A DNA stretch of 36,958 nucleotides from a virus. Lineage: Duplodnaviria; Heunggongvirae; Uroviricota; Caudoviricetes. A model generated the notes under the pieces. It was given only the letters and a program-made list of their open reading frames with translations, ran no database searches and was not told the DNA's origin. Shown here one piece after another: positions 16,071 through 26,078 of this stretch. The position numbers and the translations under genes are program-made. The stretch lies in the IMG/VR virus record IMGVR_UViG_2897346870_000003, positions 1-36,958 of that record; one strand, written 5' to 3'. Numbering within the stretch: position 1 is the first letter of the stretch; every line of letters begins with the position of its first letter.

Positions 16071-17311
16071 TGTTCTTTTCGGGATTATTTCAACGAAAAA
16101 GTGACGCACCGGTGACCACGCCAGCAGAGCTGGCGGATGCTATCGGGTTGTCCTACGACACCTATACCGGAAAGCAGATCAGCAGCCAGCGGGCCATGCG
16201 ACTGACGGCGGTTTTTTCCTGTGTCAGGGTGCTGGCGGAGTCGGTCGGGATGTTGCCCTGCAATCTGTATCACCTGAACGGCAGCCTTAAACAGAGAGCC
16301 ACCGGCGAACGTCTGCATAAGCTGATCTCCACGCATCCCAATGGCTATATGACGCCGCAGGAGTTCTGGGAGCTGGTGGTCACCTGTCTGTGCCTGAGGG
16401 GAAACTTTTACGCCTACAAAGTGAAAGCATTTGGCGAAGTGGCTGAACTGCTGCCCGTCGATCCCGGCTGTGTGGTACCGAAGCTTAACAGTAGCTGGGA
16501 GCCGGTCTATCAGGTCACATTCCCGGACGGCTCAACGGATGTGCTGACCCAGGAGGATATCTGGCATGTGCGCACGCTGACGCTGGACGGTCTGGTGGGA
16601 CTGAATCCCATCGCCTATGCCCGCGAGGCAATATCGCTGGCAGCAGCGACTGAAGAGCACGGTGCCAGACTGTTCAGCAATGGCGCGGTGACGTCCGGTG
16701 TGTTGCGTACAGAACAGACGCTGTCGGATCAGGCTTATGAGCGCCTGAAGAAAGATTTTGAGGAGCGTCACACCGGGCTTGGCAATGCTCACCGCCCGAT
16801 GATCCTTGAGATGGGGCTGGACTGGAAGTCGATGGCATTGAACGCCGAGGACAGCCAGTTCCTGGAAACCCGCAAGTTTCAGCTTGAAGAAATCTGTCGT
16901 CTGTTCCGTGTGCCATTGCACATGGTGCAGAACACCGATCGCGCCACCTTCAACAATATCGAAGAGCTGGGGCTGGGATTTATCAACTATTCACTGGTGC
17001 CGTATCTGACCCGCATTGAGCAGCGGATCAACACCGGACTGGTACGAAAAAGTAAGCAGGGCATTTATTACGCCAAATTTAACGCCGGGGCGTTACTGCG
17101 CGGGGATATGAAGTCACGTTTTGAAGCCTACGCTACCGGGATCAACTGGGGCATTTACTCTCCCAATGACTGCCGCGACCTGGAAGATATGAATCCGCGT
17201 CCCGGTGGTGATGTCTATCTCACACCGATGAACATGACCACGAAACCCTCCGATGGCAGTAAAGCCGGTAAGCAGAAGGATAACGCCAATGCAGACGAAA
17301 CAACGTCTTGA
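16070..17311 (+). CDS. Portal protein (HK97 family-like)
   Basis: 413 aa after the terminase; GTG start with GGCGGAGG Shine-Dalgarno. Confidence 0.9.
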   Translation: MFFSGLFQRKSDAPVTTPAELADAIGLSYDTYTGKQISSQRAMRLTAVFSCVRVLAESVGMLPCNLYHLNGSLKQRATGERLHKLISTHPNGYMTPQEFWELVVTCLCLRGNFYAYKVKAFGEVAELLPVDPGCVVPKLNSSWEPVYQVTFPDGSTDVLTQEDIWHVRTLTLDGLVGLNPIAYAREAISLAAATEEHGARLFSNGAVTSGVLRTEQTLSDQAYERLKKDFEERHTGLGNAHRPMILEMGLDWKSMALNAEDSQFLETRKFQLEEICRLFRVPLHMVQNTDRATFNNIEELGLGFINYSLVPYLTRIEQRINTGLVRKSKQGIYYAKFNAGALLRGDMKSRFEAYATGINWGIYSPNDCRDLEDMNPRPGGDVYLTPMNMTTKPSDGSKAGKQKDNANADETTS

Positions 17312-17939
17312 TGTACCGCTGAGTCTGAAATCTGTCAGTGACTCCGGCGAGTTTGAAGGGTATGGCTCCGTCTTTGGTGTAAAGGACAGCCACGATGATG
17401 TGGTGATGTCCGGGGCATTTGCTGCTTCCCTGCGGGCGTGGAGTGACAGAAAAGCGTTACCTGCGCTGCTCTGGCAGCACCGCATGGATGAACCCATCGG
17501 TGTTTACACCGAAATGAAGGAAGACGATGTCGGGCTTTACGTCAGGGGACGGTTGCTCATTGATGATGATCCCCTCGCAAAACGCGCACATGCACACATG
17601 AAGGCCGGTTCGTTAACCGGCCTTTCTATTGGGTACGTCCTGAAAGACTGGGAATACGACCGGAGCAAAGAAGCCTTTCTGTTGAAAGAAATCGACCTCT
17701 GGGAAGTCAGTCTGGTGACGTTCCCGTCTAACGACGAGGCGCGGATCAGCAACGTCAAGAACGCGCTGGCCCGCGGGGAAATCCCCGAACAGAAAAAAAT
17801 CGAAAGAGTCCTGCGTGATGTCGGACTCTCCCGTACCCAGGCCAAAGCATTCATGGCCGGGGGCTATGGCGCACTGTCCCTGCGCGACGCTGAGGATGTG
17901 GGCTCTGCACTGAATGCACTTAAAAATCTGAACTTCTAA
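17289..17939 (+). CDS. Prohead protease (HK97 gp4-like)
   Basis: Position between portal and capsid; start at the ATG yielding MQTKQRLDV... Confidence 0.85.
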   Translation: MQTKQRLDVPLSLKSVSDSGEFEGYGSVFGVKDSHDDVVMSGAFAASLRAWSDRKALPALLWQHRMDEPIGVYTEMKEDDVGLYVRGRLLIDDDPLAKRAHAHMKAGSLTGLSIGYVLKDWEYDRSKEAFLLKEIDLWEVSLVTFPSNDEARISNVKNALARGEIPEQKKIERVLRDVGLSRTQAKAFMAGGYGALSLRDAEDVGSALNALKNLNF

Positions 17940-17953
17940 TCAGGAGAAATACG

Positions 17954-19159
17954 ATGGCGGTTGATATTAAAGATGTGGAACAGGTCGCGCAGGAGCTGCA
18001 GCAGAAGTTTGACGACTTCAGGGCAAAGAACGACAAGCGCGTGGATGCGATTGAGCAGGAAAAAGGTAAACTTGCCGGGCAGGTGGAAACCCTGAACGGG
18101 AAACTCAGCGAGCTGGAAAATCTCAAAAGCGACCTTGAAAAAGAGCTGCTTGAGCTGAAACGTCCGGCAGGTGGTGCGCAAAATAAACTGGCCACAGAGC
18201 ACAAAGAGGCGTTTGTGGGCTTTCTACGTAAAGGCCGTGAAGACGGTCTGCGCGATCTGGAGCGCAAGGCATTGCAGGTGGGCACCGATGAAGACGGTGG
18301 CTATGCCGTGCCGGAAGCACTGGATCGCAACATTCTCACCCTGCTGAAAGATGAAGTGGTGATGCGCCAGGAAGCCACGGTAATCACTGTTGGCGGTTCC
18401 GACTACAAAAAACTGGTGAATCTGGGCGGCACGGCTTCCGGATGGGTTGGCGAGACTGACGCGCGCTCCCAGACCGCCACCTCAAAACTGGGACTGATTG
18501 AACCTTTCATGGGGGAAATCTACGGTAACCCGCAGGCCACCCAGAAAATGCTGGATGATGCCTTTTTCAACGTGGAAGCATGGATCAACAGCGAGCTGGC
18601 AACCGAATTTGCCGAACAGGAAGAAATTGCCTTTACCACCGGCGATGGTACCAAGAAGCCGAAAGGGTTCCTGGCGTATGAATCCACTGATGAAACCGAT
18701 AAGGTCCGGGCGTTCGGCAAACTTCAGCATATTGTATCCGGCGAAGCGACGGCGGTGACCGCAGACGCCATTATCAAACTGATTTACACGCTGCGTAAGG
18801 CACACCGCACTGGCGCGAAGTTCATGATGAACAACAACAGCCTGTTTGCCATCCGTCTGCTTAAAGACAGCGAGGGTAACTATCTGTGGCGTCCGGGGCT
18901 GGAACTGGGGCAGCCGTCCTCTCTGGCGGGTTACGGTATCGCTGAAAACGAACAGATGCCGGATATCGCCGCTGATGCGAAAGCCATTGCATTTGGTAAC
19001 TTCAAACGGGGTTACACCATCGTTGACCGTATCGGCACCCGCATTCTGCGTGACCCGTACACCAATAAACCGTTTGTCGGTTTTTATACCACCAAGCGCA
19101 CCGGCGGGATGCTGGTCGATTCGCAGGCCATCAAACTGCTGAAGATTGCAGCGGCGTAA
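17954..19159 (+). CDS. Major capsid protein (HK97 fold) with N-terminal coiled-coil scaffold domain
   Basis: 401 aa; coiled-coil N-terminus then capsid-like body; position after the protease. Confidence 0.92.
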   Translation: MAVDIKDVEQVAQELQQKFDDFRAKNDKRVDAIEQEKGKLAGQVETLNGKLSELENLKSDLEKELLELKRPAGGAQNKLATEHKEAFVGFLRKGREDGLRDLERKALQVGTDEDGGYAVPEALDRNILTLLKDEVVMRQEATVITVGGSDYKKLVNLGGTASGWVGETDARSQTATSKLGLIEPFMGEIYGNPQATQKMLDDAFFNVEAWINSELATEFAEQEEIAFTTGDGTKKPKGFLAYESTDETDKVRAFGKLQHIVSGEATAVTADAIIKLIYTLRKAHRTGAKFMMNNNSLFAIRLLKDSEGNYLWRPGLELGQPSSLAGYGIAENEQMPDIAADAKAIAFGNFKRGYTIVDRIGTRILRDPYTNKPFVGFYTTKRTGGMLVDSQAIKLLKIAAA

Positions 19160-19208
19160 TCACTCAGGGGCGCGGAACCGCACCCCCTGTTCTGACGGGT
19201 GAAGAATC

Positions 19209-19409
19209 ATGATCCTGAAACAAGATCTGAAATGGTCACCGGACGGTATGCGTGTTGAGGTCATTCGGGCCGGTGAGTATGACGACGGGGCGCTTCCTGC
19301 CCGGGTGCAGGAGATTGCACTTCAGGCCGGGTTAGCAGAGCGCGGAATCAGTGCAAAAAGCAGTAAAGCGGCAAAAGAGAAAAAAGCCACGACCAGTAAA
19401 GAGGGCTGA
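19209..19409 (+). CDS. Hypothetical small head-associated protein (66 aa)
   Basis: Shine-Dalgarno present; located between capsid and connector genes. Confidence 0.45.
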   Translation: MILKQDLKWSPDGMRVEVIRAGEYDDGALPARVQEIALQAGLAERGISAKSSKAAKEKKATTSKEG

Positions 19410-19411
19410 GT

Positions 19412-19735
19412 ATGCTTCTGACAATGGAAGAGATTAAATCCCAACTCCGGCTGGATGAGGATTTCGATGCTGATGACCGTCATCTGCAACTGCTGGCCTG
19501 TGCGGCGCAAAAGCGGACGGAAACGTATCTGAACCGGAAGCTCTATGCACCGGATGAAACCATTCCGGACAGCGATCCGGACGGGCTGCACCTGCCGGAT
19601 GATATTCGTCTGGGGATGCTGATGCTTATCAGCCATTTTTACGAAAATCGCTCGTCGGTTACGGAAGTGGAGAAACTCGACATGCCGCAGAGTTTTGGCT
19701 GGCTTGTCGGCCCGTACAGGTACTTTCCGCAATGA
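19412..19735 (+). CDS. Head-tail connector protein (gp6-like)
   Basis: 107 aa; position and size. Confidence 0.75.
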   Translation: MLLTMEEIKSQLRLDEDFDADDRHLQLLACAAQKRTETYLNRKLYAPDETIPDSDPDGLHLPDDIRLGMLMLISHFYENRSSVTEVEKLDMPQSFGWLVGPYRYFPQ

Positions 19736-20142
19736 AAATTCGTCAGGCGCAGACCAGCGCAACCTACATTCTGCCGGACCCCGGTGAACTGAATAAACGC
19801 GTCCTGATCCGCCAGCGGGTGGATATGCCCGCGGATAACTTTGGCGTGGAGCCTCAATACCCGGTTGCGTTCCGGACATGGGCGAAGGTTGTCCAGACCA
19901 GTGCCACCACCTGGCAGGAAACCGCGCAGACCGGTGACGCCATCACCCATTACATCACCATTCGTTACCGCCGGGTGATCACCGCTGATTATGAGGTGGT
20001 CTGCGGTGACAGTGTGTACCGGGTGAAATGTCAGCGCGATCTGAACGGGGCACGGCGCTTTCTGCTGCTGGAGTGTACGGAGCTGGGCGAATGTAGGCAG
20101 AGTCACGGAGGCAACAATGACGACTTCCTTTTTGCACGTTGA
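19732..20142 (+). CDS. Head closure / head-tail joining protein (gp7-like)
   Basis: Overlapping start/stop in the head-completion block. Confidence 0.7.
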   Translation: MKIRQAQTSATYILPDPGELNKRVLIRQRVDMPADNFGVEPQYPVAFRTWAKVVQTSATTWQETAQTGDAITHYITIRYRRVITADYEVVCGDSVYRVKCQRDLNGARRFLLLECTELGECRQSHGGNNDDFLFAR

Positions 20143-20623
20143 TTTTCAGCAGCCCGCGGAGATGCGCTTTAACCGCGCCCGTGTCCGGCGGGCGTTTGTC
20201 ACGATTGGTCAGCGTCATATGCGTGATGCCCGTCGGCTGGTGATGCGCCGTGCGCGGTCGGCACCGGGTGAAAACCCCGGTTATCAGACCGGACGCCTGG
20301 CTCGTTCGATTGGTTACATGGTACCCAGAGCCAGTAAACATCGCCCTGGTTTTATGGCACGTATAGCCCCTAACCAGCGTAATGGAGAGGGAAACCGCCG
20401 TATCACCGGTGATTTTTATCCGGCTTTTTTGTTCTATGGCGTGAGGCGAGGTGCAAAGCGTCGTCGCAGCCATCATCGTGGTGCATCCGGTGGCAGCGGC
20501 TGGCGACTGGCTCCACGTAATAACTTCATGGTGGAAACGCTTGAAAAGAACCGCAGCTGGACACGCTATTTTCTGGCGCGGGAATTGCGTAAATCACTGA
20601 AGCCGGAGCGACGACACAGATGA
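20117..20623 (+). CDS. HK97 gp10-like virion morphogenesis protein
   Basis: 168 aa, basic; position. Confidence 0.7.
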   Translation: MTTSFLHVDFQQPAEMRFNRARVRRAFVTIGQRHMRDARRLVMRRARSAPGENPGYQTGRLARSIGYMVPRASKHRPGFMARIAPNQRNGEGNRRITGDFYPAFLFYGVRRGAKRRRSHHRGASGGSGWRLAPRNNFMVETLEKNRSWTRYFLARELRKSLKPERRHR

Positions 20624-21180
20624 AACTGACGCCTGTTATTGCTGCGCTGCGTGCCCGCTGCCCGTATTTTGAAAACCGGGTGGCAGGCGCGGCACAGTTC
20701 AAAAATCTGCCGGAGGTCGGAAAGCTGAGACTCCCGGCGGCGTATGTGGTACCGGGGGATGATTCTCCGGGAGAAAACAAAAGCCAGACCGACTACTGGC
20801 AGGAGCTGAAAGAGGGCTTCTCCGTGGTTGTCATACTGAGTAACGGTCGTGATGAGCGCGGTCAGTTTGCTTCGTATGATGTGGTGGACGATGTCCGGCA
20901 GATGCTCTTTAAGGCCCTGCTGGGCTGGAACCCGGAAGCGTGCGGTAACCCGATTAACTATGACGGCGGCACGCTGCTGGATCTGAATCGTCATGAGCTG
21001 ATTTATCAGTTCGATTTTTCGATCATCAGCGAGCTGACCGAAGACGATACCCGCCAGCAGGATGATCTGAACAGTCTGGATGAACTGCAAACGCTGGCGA
21101 TTGATGTTGATTATCTCGAGCCCGGTAACGGGCCTGACGGCGATATCGAACATCACACCGAAATAACCCTTCCTTCCTGA
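20620..21180 (+). CDS. Putative virion/tail completion protein (Mu-like module)
   Basis: 186 aa, acidic C-terminus; lies between the gp10-like gene and the sheath gene. Confidence 0.6.
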   Translation: MKLTPVIAALRARCPYFENRVAGAAQFKNLPEVGKLRLPAAYVVPGDDSPGENKSQTDYWQELKEGFSVVVILSNGRDERGQFASYDVVDDVRQMLFKALLGWNPEACGNPINYDGGTLLDLNRHELIYQFDFSIISELTEDDTRQQDDLNSLDELQTLAIDVDYLEPGNGPDGDIEHHTEITLPS

Positions 21181-21188
21181 GGATCCTC

Positions 21189-21359
21189 ATGTTTGTCAAA
21201 CCTGTTAAAGGGCGGTCAGTTCCTGACCCTGCCCGCGGCGACCTTTTGCCCGCCGAAGGGCGAAATGTTGACGAGAACAACTACTGGCTGCGCCGTGAAG
21301 CAGCGGGTGATATCCGGCGCGTGAATAAAAAGGTGAATACCGATGACGATAAGCTTTAA
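21189..21359 (+). CDS. Small protein preceding the sheath (DUF2635-like, 56 aa); absent from the supplied ORF track because it is under 60 aa
   Basis: Translated by hand: MFVKPVKGRSVPDPARGDLLPAEGRNVDENNYWLRREAAGDIRRVNKKVNTDDDKL; GAGGA Shine-Dalgarno. Confidence 0.45.
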   Translation: MFVKPVKGRSVPDPARGDLLPAEGRNVDENNYWLRREAAGDIRRVNKKVNTDDDKL

Positions 21360-22839
21360 CACCATTCCGTCGAATACGCTGGTTCCGTTGTTTTATGCGG
21401 AAATGGATAACCAGGCGGCGAATACTGCACAGGACAGCGGAGCATCGCTGCTGATTGGTCATGCCAATAACGGTGCAGAGATTGTTGCCAACAGTCTGGT
21501 ACTGATGCCGTCGGCAGACTATGCACGCCAGATTTGTGGTGCGGGAAGTCAGCTGGCGCGTATGGTCGAGGCTTATCGCCAGACTGACCCGTTTGGCGAG
21601 CTGTATGTGATTGCCGTTCCTGAATCCACAGGCGCGGCGGCAACGGTTACGCTGACGGTGACCGGGGAAGCAACCGAAAGCGGCACGGTGAATGTCTATG
21701 TGGGACGTACCCGCGTGCAGGCTCCGGTGACCAACGGCGATAACGTCACGACGATTGCCAGCAGTATCCAGGATGCCATCAATGCCGTTCCGACTCTGCC
21801 GTTTACAGCTTCATCTTCGGCTGGTGTTGTCACGCTGACCGCGCGTCATAAGGGGCTTTGCGGGAATGAAATTCCTGTCAGCCTCAATTACTACGGCTTC
21901 GGTGGGGGTGAAGTGCTGCCAGCGGGCGTACAGATTGCCGTGGCGACGGGGACCGCCGGAACGGGCGCTCCGGTTCTCACCGGCGCGGTGGCTGCAATGG
22001 CGGATGAGCCGTTTGATTATATCGGTCTGCCGTTCAACGACACGGCCTCCGTTAACACACTGGTGACCGAGATGAACGATACCAGCGGTCGCTGGAGCTA
22101 TGCGCGTCAGCTGTATGGTCATGTGTATACGGCAAAGACCGGCACACTGTCAGAACTGGTGAACGCAGGTGACCAGTTTAACCAGCAGCACATCACCCTG
22201 GCGGGGTACGAAAAAGAGACCCAGACGCCTGCCGACGAGCTGGCGGCAAGCCGTACCGCCCGCGCAGCGGTGTTTATCCGCAACGATCCGGCACGTCCCA
22301 CGCAGACCGGTGAGCTGGTGGGTATGCTGCCTGCGCCGAAGGGGAAACGGTTCACGATGACCGAGCAGCAGACCCTGCTGTCTCATGGCGTGGCAACGGC
22401 GTATGTCGAAAGCGGGGGGCTGCGCATTCAGCGTGATGTCACCACGTACAGGAAAAATGCTTACGGGGTTGCGGATAACAGCTACCTCGACAGCGAGACG
22501 CTGCATACCAGTGCGTATGTACTGCGCAAACTGAAATCCGTCATTACCAGTAAGTACGGGCGTCACAAGCTTGCCAGCGACGGTACCCGCTTTGGTCCCG
22601 GTCAGGCGATTGTCACCCCGGCGGTAATCAAAGGGGAACTGCTGGCAACCTACCGTCAGCTTGAGCGTGCGGGGATCGTGGAAAACTACGAACTGTTTAA
22701 GCAGTACCTGGTTGTGGAGCGTGATGCCAGCGATCCGAACCGCCTGAACACGCTGTTCCCGCCTGACTATGTTAACCAGTTGCGTGTCTTTGCCTTGGTT
22801 AACCAGTTCCGTCTTCAGTATTCAGAGGAGTCTGCATAA
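21343..22839 (+). CDS. Contractile tail sheath protein (Mu gpL-like)
   Basis: 498 aa, followed by the tube gene. Confidence 0.88.
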   Translation: MTISFNTIPSNTLVPLFYAEMDNQAANTAQDSGASLLIGHANNGAEIVANSLVLMPSADYARQICGAGSQLARMVEAYRQTDPFGELYVIAVPESTGAAATVTLTVTGEATESGTVNVYVGRTRVQAPVTNGDNVTTIASSIQDAINAVPTLPFTASSSAGVVTLTARHKGLCGNEIPVSLNYYGFGGGEVLPAGVQIAVATGTAGTGAPVLTGAVAAMADEPFDYIGLPFNDTASVNTLVTEMNDTSGRWSYARQLYGHVYTAKTGTLSELVNAGDQFNQQHITLAGYEKETQTPADELAASRTARAAVFIRNDPARPTQTGELVGMLPAPKGKRFTMTEQQTLLSHGVATAYVESGGLRIQRDVTTYRKNAYGVADNSYLDSETLHTSAYVLRKLKSVITSKYGRHKLASDGTRFGPGQAIVTPAVIKGELLATYRQLERAGIVENYELFKQYLVVERDASDPNRLNTLFPPDYVNQLRVFALVNQFRLQYSEESA

Positions 22840-23195
22840 TGGCCCGTATCGGGGGAACCTGTTATTTCAAAATTGACGGTCAGCAGCTATCGCTGACCGG
22901 CGGCATTGAGGTGCCCATGAACAGGACGGTCAATGATGACATCATCGGCCTGGACGGTTCAGTGGACCGCAAGGAAACTCACCGTGCGCCCTATGTCAAA
23001 GGGACCTTCAAGGTGCCGAAGAATTTTCCGGTGAGCAAAATCACCTCGTCTGATGAGATGACCATCACTGCCGAGCTGGCGAACGGTCAGGTCTATGTAC
23101 TGTCGTCTGCCTGGCTGCACGGCGAAGCGAACCATAATGCCGAAGAAGGCACGGTCGATCTTGAGTTCCACGGTGAAGAAGGGGATTACCAGTAA
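22839..23195 (+). CDS. Tail tube protein (Mu gpM-like)
   Basis: 118 aa immediately after the sheath. Confidence 0.8.
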   Translation: MARIGGTCYFKIDGQQLSLTGGIEVPMNRTVNDDIIGLDGSVDRKETHRAPYVKGTFKVPKNFPVSKITSSDEMTITAELANGQVYVLSSAWLHGEANHNAEEGTVDLEFHGEEGDYQ

Positions 23196-23464
23196 TGAAA
23201 GAGCTTGAGTTAAAGAAACCGATTACCGCTCATGGCGAGACACTCTCCGTACTGGAGTTTGATGAGCCCACCGGGAAAGATGTCCGCGAGCTGGGGTATC
23301 CCTACCAGATGAATCAGGATGAGTCCGTCAGACTTCTGGCGCATGTGGTGTCGAAATACATTGTGCGGCTGGCGAAAGTGCCGCAAAACTCTGTCGACCA
23401 GATGTCTCCGGCAGACCTGAATGCAGCGGCGTGGCTTGTGGCTGGTTTTTTCCTCCAGGCCTGA
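23195..23464 (+). CDS. Tail assembly chaperone (short form)
   Basis: 89 aa directly upstream of the tape measure gene. Confidence 0.75.
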   Translation: MKELELKKPITAHGETLSVLEFDEPTGKDVRELGYPYQMNQDESVRLLAHVVSKYIVRLAKVPQNSVDQMSPADLNAAAWLVAGFFLQA

Positions 23465-23613
23465 CGGCTGAATACCTCACTGATCGCTTCTTTGACTGCG
23501 CCAGCTACTGGCGCATTAATCCTTTCGAATTGCTGAATATGCCGATCAGTGAAATTCCCTTACTGGTCAGTCAGGCAAACAGGATAGAGCAGGAGAAACG
23601 CACACATGGCTGA
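23446..23613 (+). CDS. -1 frameshift extension of the tail assembly chaperone (long fusion form); slippery heptamer T_TTT_TTC at 23446-23452
   Basis: The -1 frame ORF overlaps the chaperone 3' end and runs to the tape measure start; the heptamer was read in the zero frame. Confidence 0.6.
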   Translation, partial: FFPPGLTAEYLTDRFFDCASYWRINPFELLNMPISEIPLLVSQANRIEQEKRTHG

Positions 23614-25438
23614 ATTTGAGCTTAAGGCGTTGATCACCGGTGTCGACAGGCTTTCTCCCGCGCTGTCGAAAATGCAAAAGAAAATCCGGGGATTTAAACG
23701 CCAGGCGGAAGAAGCGTCACAGGGTGGGCTGGCGCTTGGTGGCGGACTGGCAGCGGGTCTGACGCTTTCCCTGAAATCTTATGCCGATCAGGAAAACGCC
23801 GCCACCGGGCTGAAAGTCGCCATGATGGATGCGAACGGCGAGGTTGGAAAGAGCTTTCAGGACATCAATAAACTGGCTATTGGCCTGGGTAACCAGCTAC
23901 CCGGTACAACGGCTGATTTCCAGAACATGATGCAGATGCTGGTGCGTCAGGGGATCCCGGCAGAAAACATTCTTGGTGGTGTGGGTAAAGCGACAGCTTA
24001 TCTTGCGGTACAACTGAAAAAAACACCGGAAGCGGCTGCTGAGTTTGCTGCAAAGATGCAGGATGCTACCGGAACTGCGTCAGAAGACATGATGGGGCTG
24101 TTCGACACTATCCAGAAGGCGTTTTATCTGGGCGTTGACGATACCAACATGTTGTCCTTCTTCACTAAAACCAGTTCTGTTCTGAAGATGGTGAATAAGG
24201 ACGGACTTCAGGCTGCACAGAGCCTTGCCCCTATCAGCGTCATGATGGATCAGATGGGGATGAACGGGGAGTCGGCAGGTAATGCCCTGCGAAAAGTTAT
24301 CCAGTCCGGATTAAGCGTTAAGAAAATCAGGGACGTCAATAAAGTCATGGCCCGCCAGAAACTCGGAGTGCAGCTCGATTTTACTGACGGCAAAGGGAGT
24401 TTTGGCGGTCTTGATAACATGTTTAAGCAACTGGCAAAGCTGCGAAAACTGACCGACGTTAAGCGAACAGGTGTACTTAAGGCAATATTTGGTGATGATG
24501 CCGAAACCCTTCAGGTGGTCAATGCTCTGATCGATAAAGGAAAGGATGGTTACGATCAGATCCAGCAGAAGATGAATAAACAGGCCAGCCTGAATAAACG
24601 TGTTCAGGCACAGCTTGGTACGCTGTCCAACCTGTGGGAGGCAATGACGGGGACCGCAACTAACGGTCTTGCAGCTATTGGCGGCGCATTTTCTGGTGAC
24701 GCTAAAAATATCACGCAATGGCTGGGGGAGTTGGGGGAAAAATTCACGAAGTTTGCGGATGAAAATCCCCGGGTTATTCGCGGCGTCGTCGGGCTTGCTG
24801 CCGGTCTTGCGATTCTGAAACTGGGATTGATGGGCGTGGGCAGTGCCATCAGTATTGTCAGCAGGATCATGTCGATGACGCCGATTGGCATGATTGCGAC
24901 GGCGATTGCTCTGGCTGCGGGATTAATTATCACTAACTGGGATGTTGTCGGACCTTATTTCAAGAAGCTCTGGGAAACCATTGGTCCTTATTTTGAGGCT
25001 GGCCGGGAACTTCTGAAGAAGGTTTTTGCCTGGTCGCCGCTGGGGATGGTGATCAATAACTGGGGACCGGTTGTTAAGTGGTTTCAGGATATGTGGGATA
25101 AGCTGAAGCCGATTATTGAATGGTTTACCGGCAGTTCCGGTGACACGGTCGATACCATTAACTCGGCGCAGTGGGGCGCGGGTGCTTATGATGCTTATGG
25201 GACGGGAATACCGGCACGGGGATACACTCCTTATCCGGCGGTGGATCCGGCTCAGGCAAACAACGCCTCCGATGCCACAGGCTCGAATCCCTTCATGATT
25301 AATAAAGCTACCGCGCCAAAAGTTGATGGTGAGATCAAGGTATCATTTATAAATATGCCACCAGGTATGCGGGTTACGGAAACACGCTCCAGTGGCATTG
25401 ATATAAATCACGATGTTGGCTATACCCGATTTTGGTAG
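23606..25438 (+). CDS. Tail tape measure protein
   Basis: 610 aa, Ala/Gly-rich with hydrophobic stretch; position after the chaperone. Confidence 0.92.
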   Translation: MAEFELKALITGVDRLSPALSKMQKKIRGFKRQAEEASQGGLALGGGLAAGLTLSLKSYADQENAATGLKVAMMDANGEVGKSFQDINKLAIGLGNQLPGTTADFQNMMQMLVRQGIPAENILGGVGKATAYLAVQLKKTPEAAAEFAAKMQDATGTASEDMMGLFDTIQKAFYLGVDDTNMLSFFTKTSSVLKMVNKDGLQAAQSLAPISVMMDQMGMNGESAGNALRKVIQSGLSVKKIRDVNKVMARQKLGVQLDFTDGKGSFGGLDNMFKQLAKLRKLTDVKRTGVLKAIFGDDAETLQVVNALIDKGKDGYDQIQQKMNKQASLNKRVQAQLGTLSNLWEAMTGTATNGLAAIGGAFSGDAKNITQWLGELGEKFTKFADENPRVIRGVVGLAAGLAILKLGLMGVGSAISIVSRIMSMTPIGMIATAIALAAGLIITNWDVVGPYFKKLWETIGPYFEAGRELLKKVFAWSPLGMVINNWGPVVKWFQDMWDKLKPIIEWFTGSSGDTVDTINSAQWGAGAYDAYGTGIPARGYTPYPAVDPAQANNASDATGSNPFMINKATAPKVDGEIKVSFINMPPGMRVTETRSSGIDINHDVGYTRFW

Positions 25439-25466
25439 CCAGGATTCCCCTCACATGTATTGCTGG

Positions 25467-25494
25467 TTGTAAGTCATAAATAGAGTGATAGAAT
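25467..25494 (+). promoter_or_regulatory. Candidate sigma70 promoter of the tail-module moron (TTGTAA-16-TAGAAT)
   Basis: Hexamers read directly about 35 nt upstream of the moron ATG. Confidence 0.35.
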
Positions 25495-25529
25495 TAATGC
25501 ACATTTAGAAAAATGTTAATAGGCGAAAA

Positions 25530-26060
25530 ATGAAAGGCTATATCACAGCAAGTGTAATTCTTGGATCAGCGGCTATTTTTTCATCTCTCATAATCTCTGG
25601 CAACATCTCCTTTAAAGATGAACATATTATTCAGTTATCTGGAGGAGCCATAAAACTTGGTGATGTTTATAAAGAAAATAAATTGATAAGTGCAAAGATT
25701 ATTTTTCCAGATAATCAGGGTGAACAGATTCTTGTTGTCGACGGCAATCCTGAAAACTTTAAGGAGGATTTTCAGGAGAAATTAAATAAAGTAATAAAAA
25801 CTTTAAATGCGTCAAAGAAAAAAGATGAAGAGAAAGTTAGCCTGGATAATTTAAGTGTTATTGAAGAGTCTAAACTAGAGCTCGTTTCTGCGGTGCGTTA
25901 CTCTGCTCAGTATGTTCCTATGTTTACTCTGACGCTGGACAAAAAAGAAATTACCATGCCTAAAAATACGGTAATATTTCCATTTGCCAGCGATGAAACA
26001 GCTAAGTATTTAAATGAACAACAGCAAAAGTATAAAGATTCGTTGTTTCTGACTCGCTAA
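25530..26060 (+). CDS. Hypothetical moron protein with N-terminal signal-anchor/TM helix (176 aa)
   Basis: AT-rich ORF between tape measure and baseplate genes; ITASVILGSAAIFSSLIIS hydrophobic N-terminus; Lys/Glu-rich body. Confidence 0.7.
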   Translation: MKGYITASVILGSAAIFSSLIISGNISFKDEHIIQLSGGAIKLGDVYKENKLISAKIIFPDNQGEQILVVDGNPENFKEDFQEKLNKVIKTLNASKKKDEEKVSLDNLSVIEESKLELVSAVRYSAQYVPMFTLTLDKKEITMPKNTVIFPFASDETAKYLNEQQQKYKDSLFLTR

Positions 26061-26078
26061 TTAATAAAATTCATTACA

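Noticed and set aside
23431-23613. Independent 60-aa gene upstream of the tape measure
   Set aside because: It is in the -1 frame directly overlapping the chaperone 3' end, with a canonical slippery heptamer at the overlap; interpreted as the frameshift extension.
24311-24933. Antisense ORFs within the tape measure gene (24311-24718, 24604-24933), with similar antisense ORFs inside terminase, portal, capsid and sheath genes
   Set aside because: All lie inside long, well-supported plus-strand genes and lack start-site signals; typical shadow ORFs.
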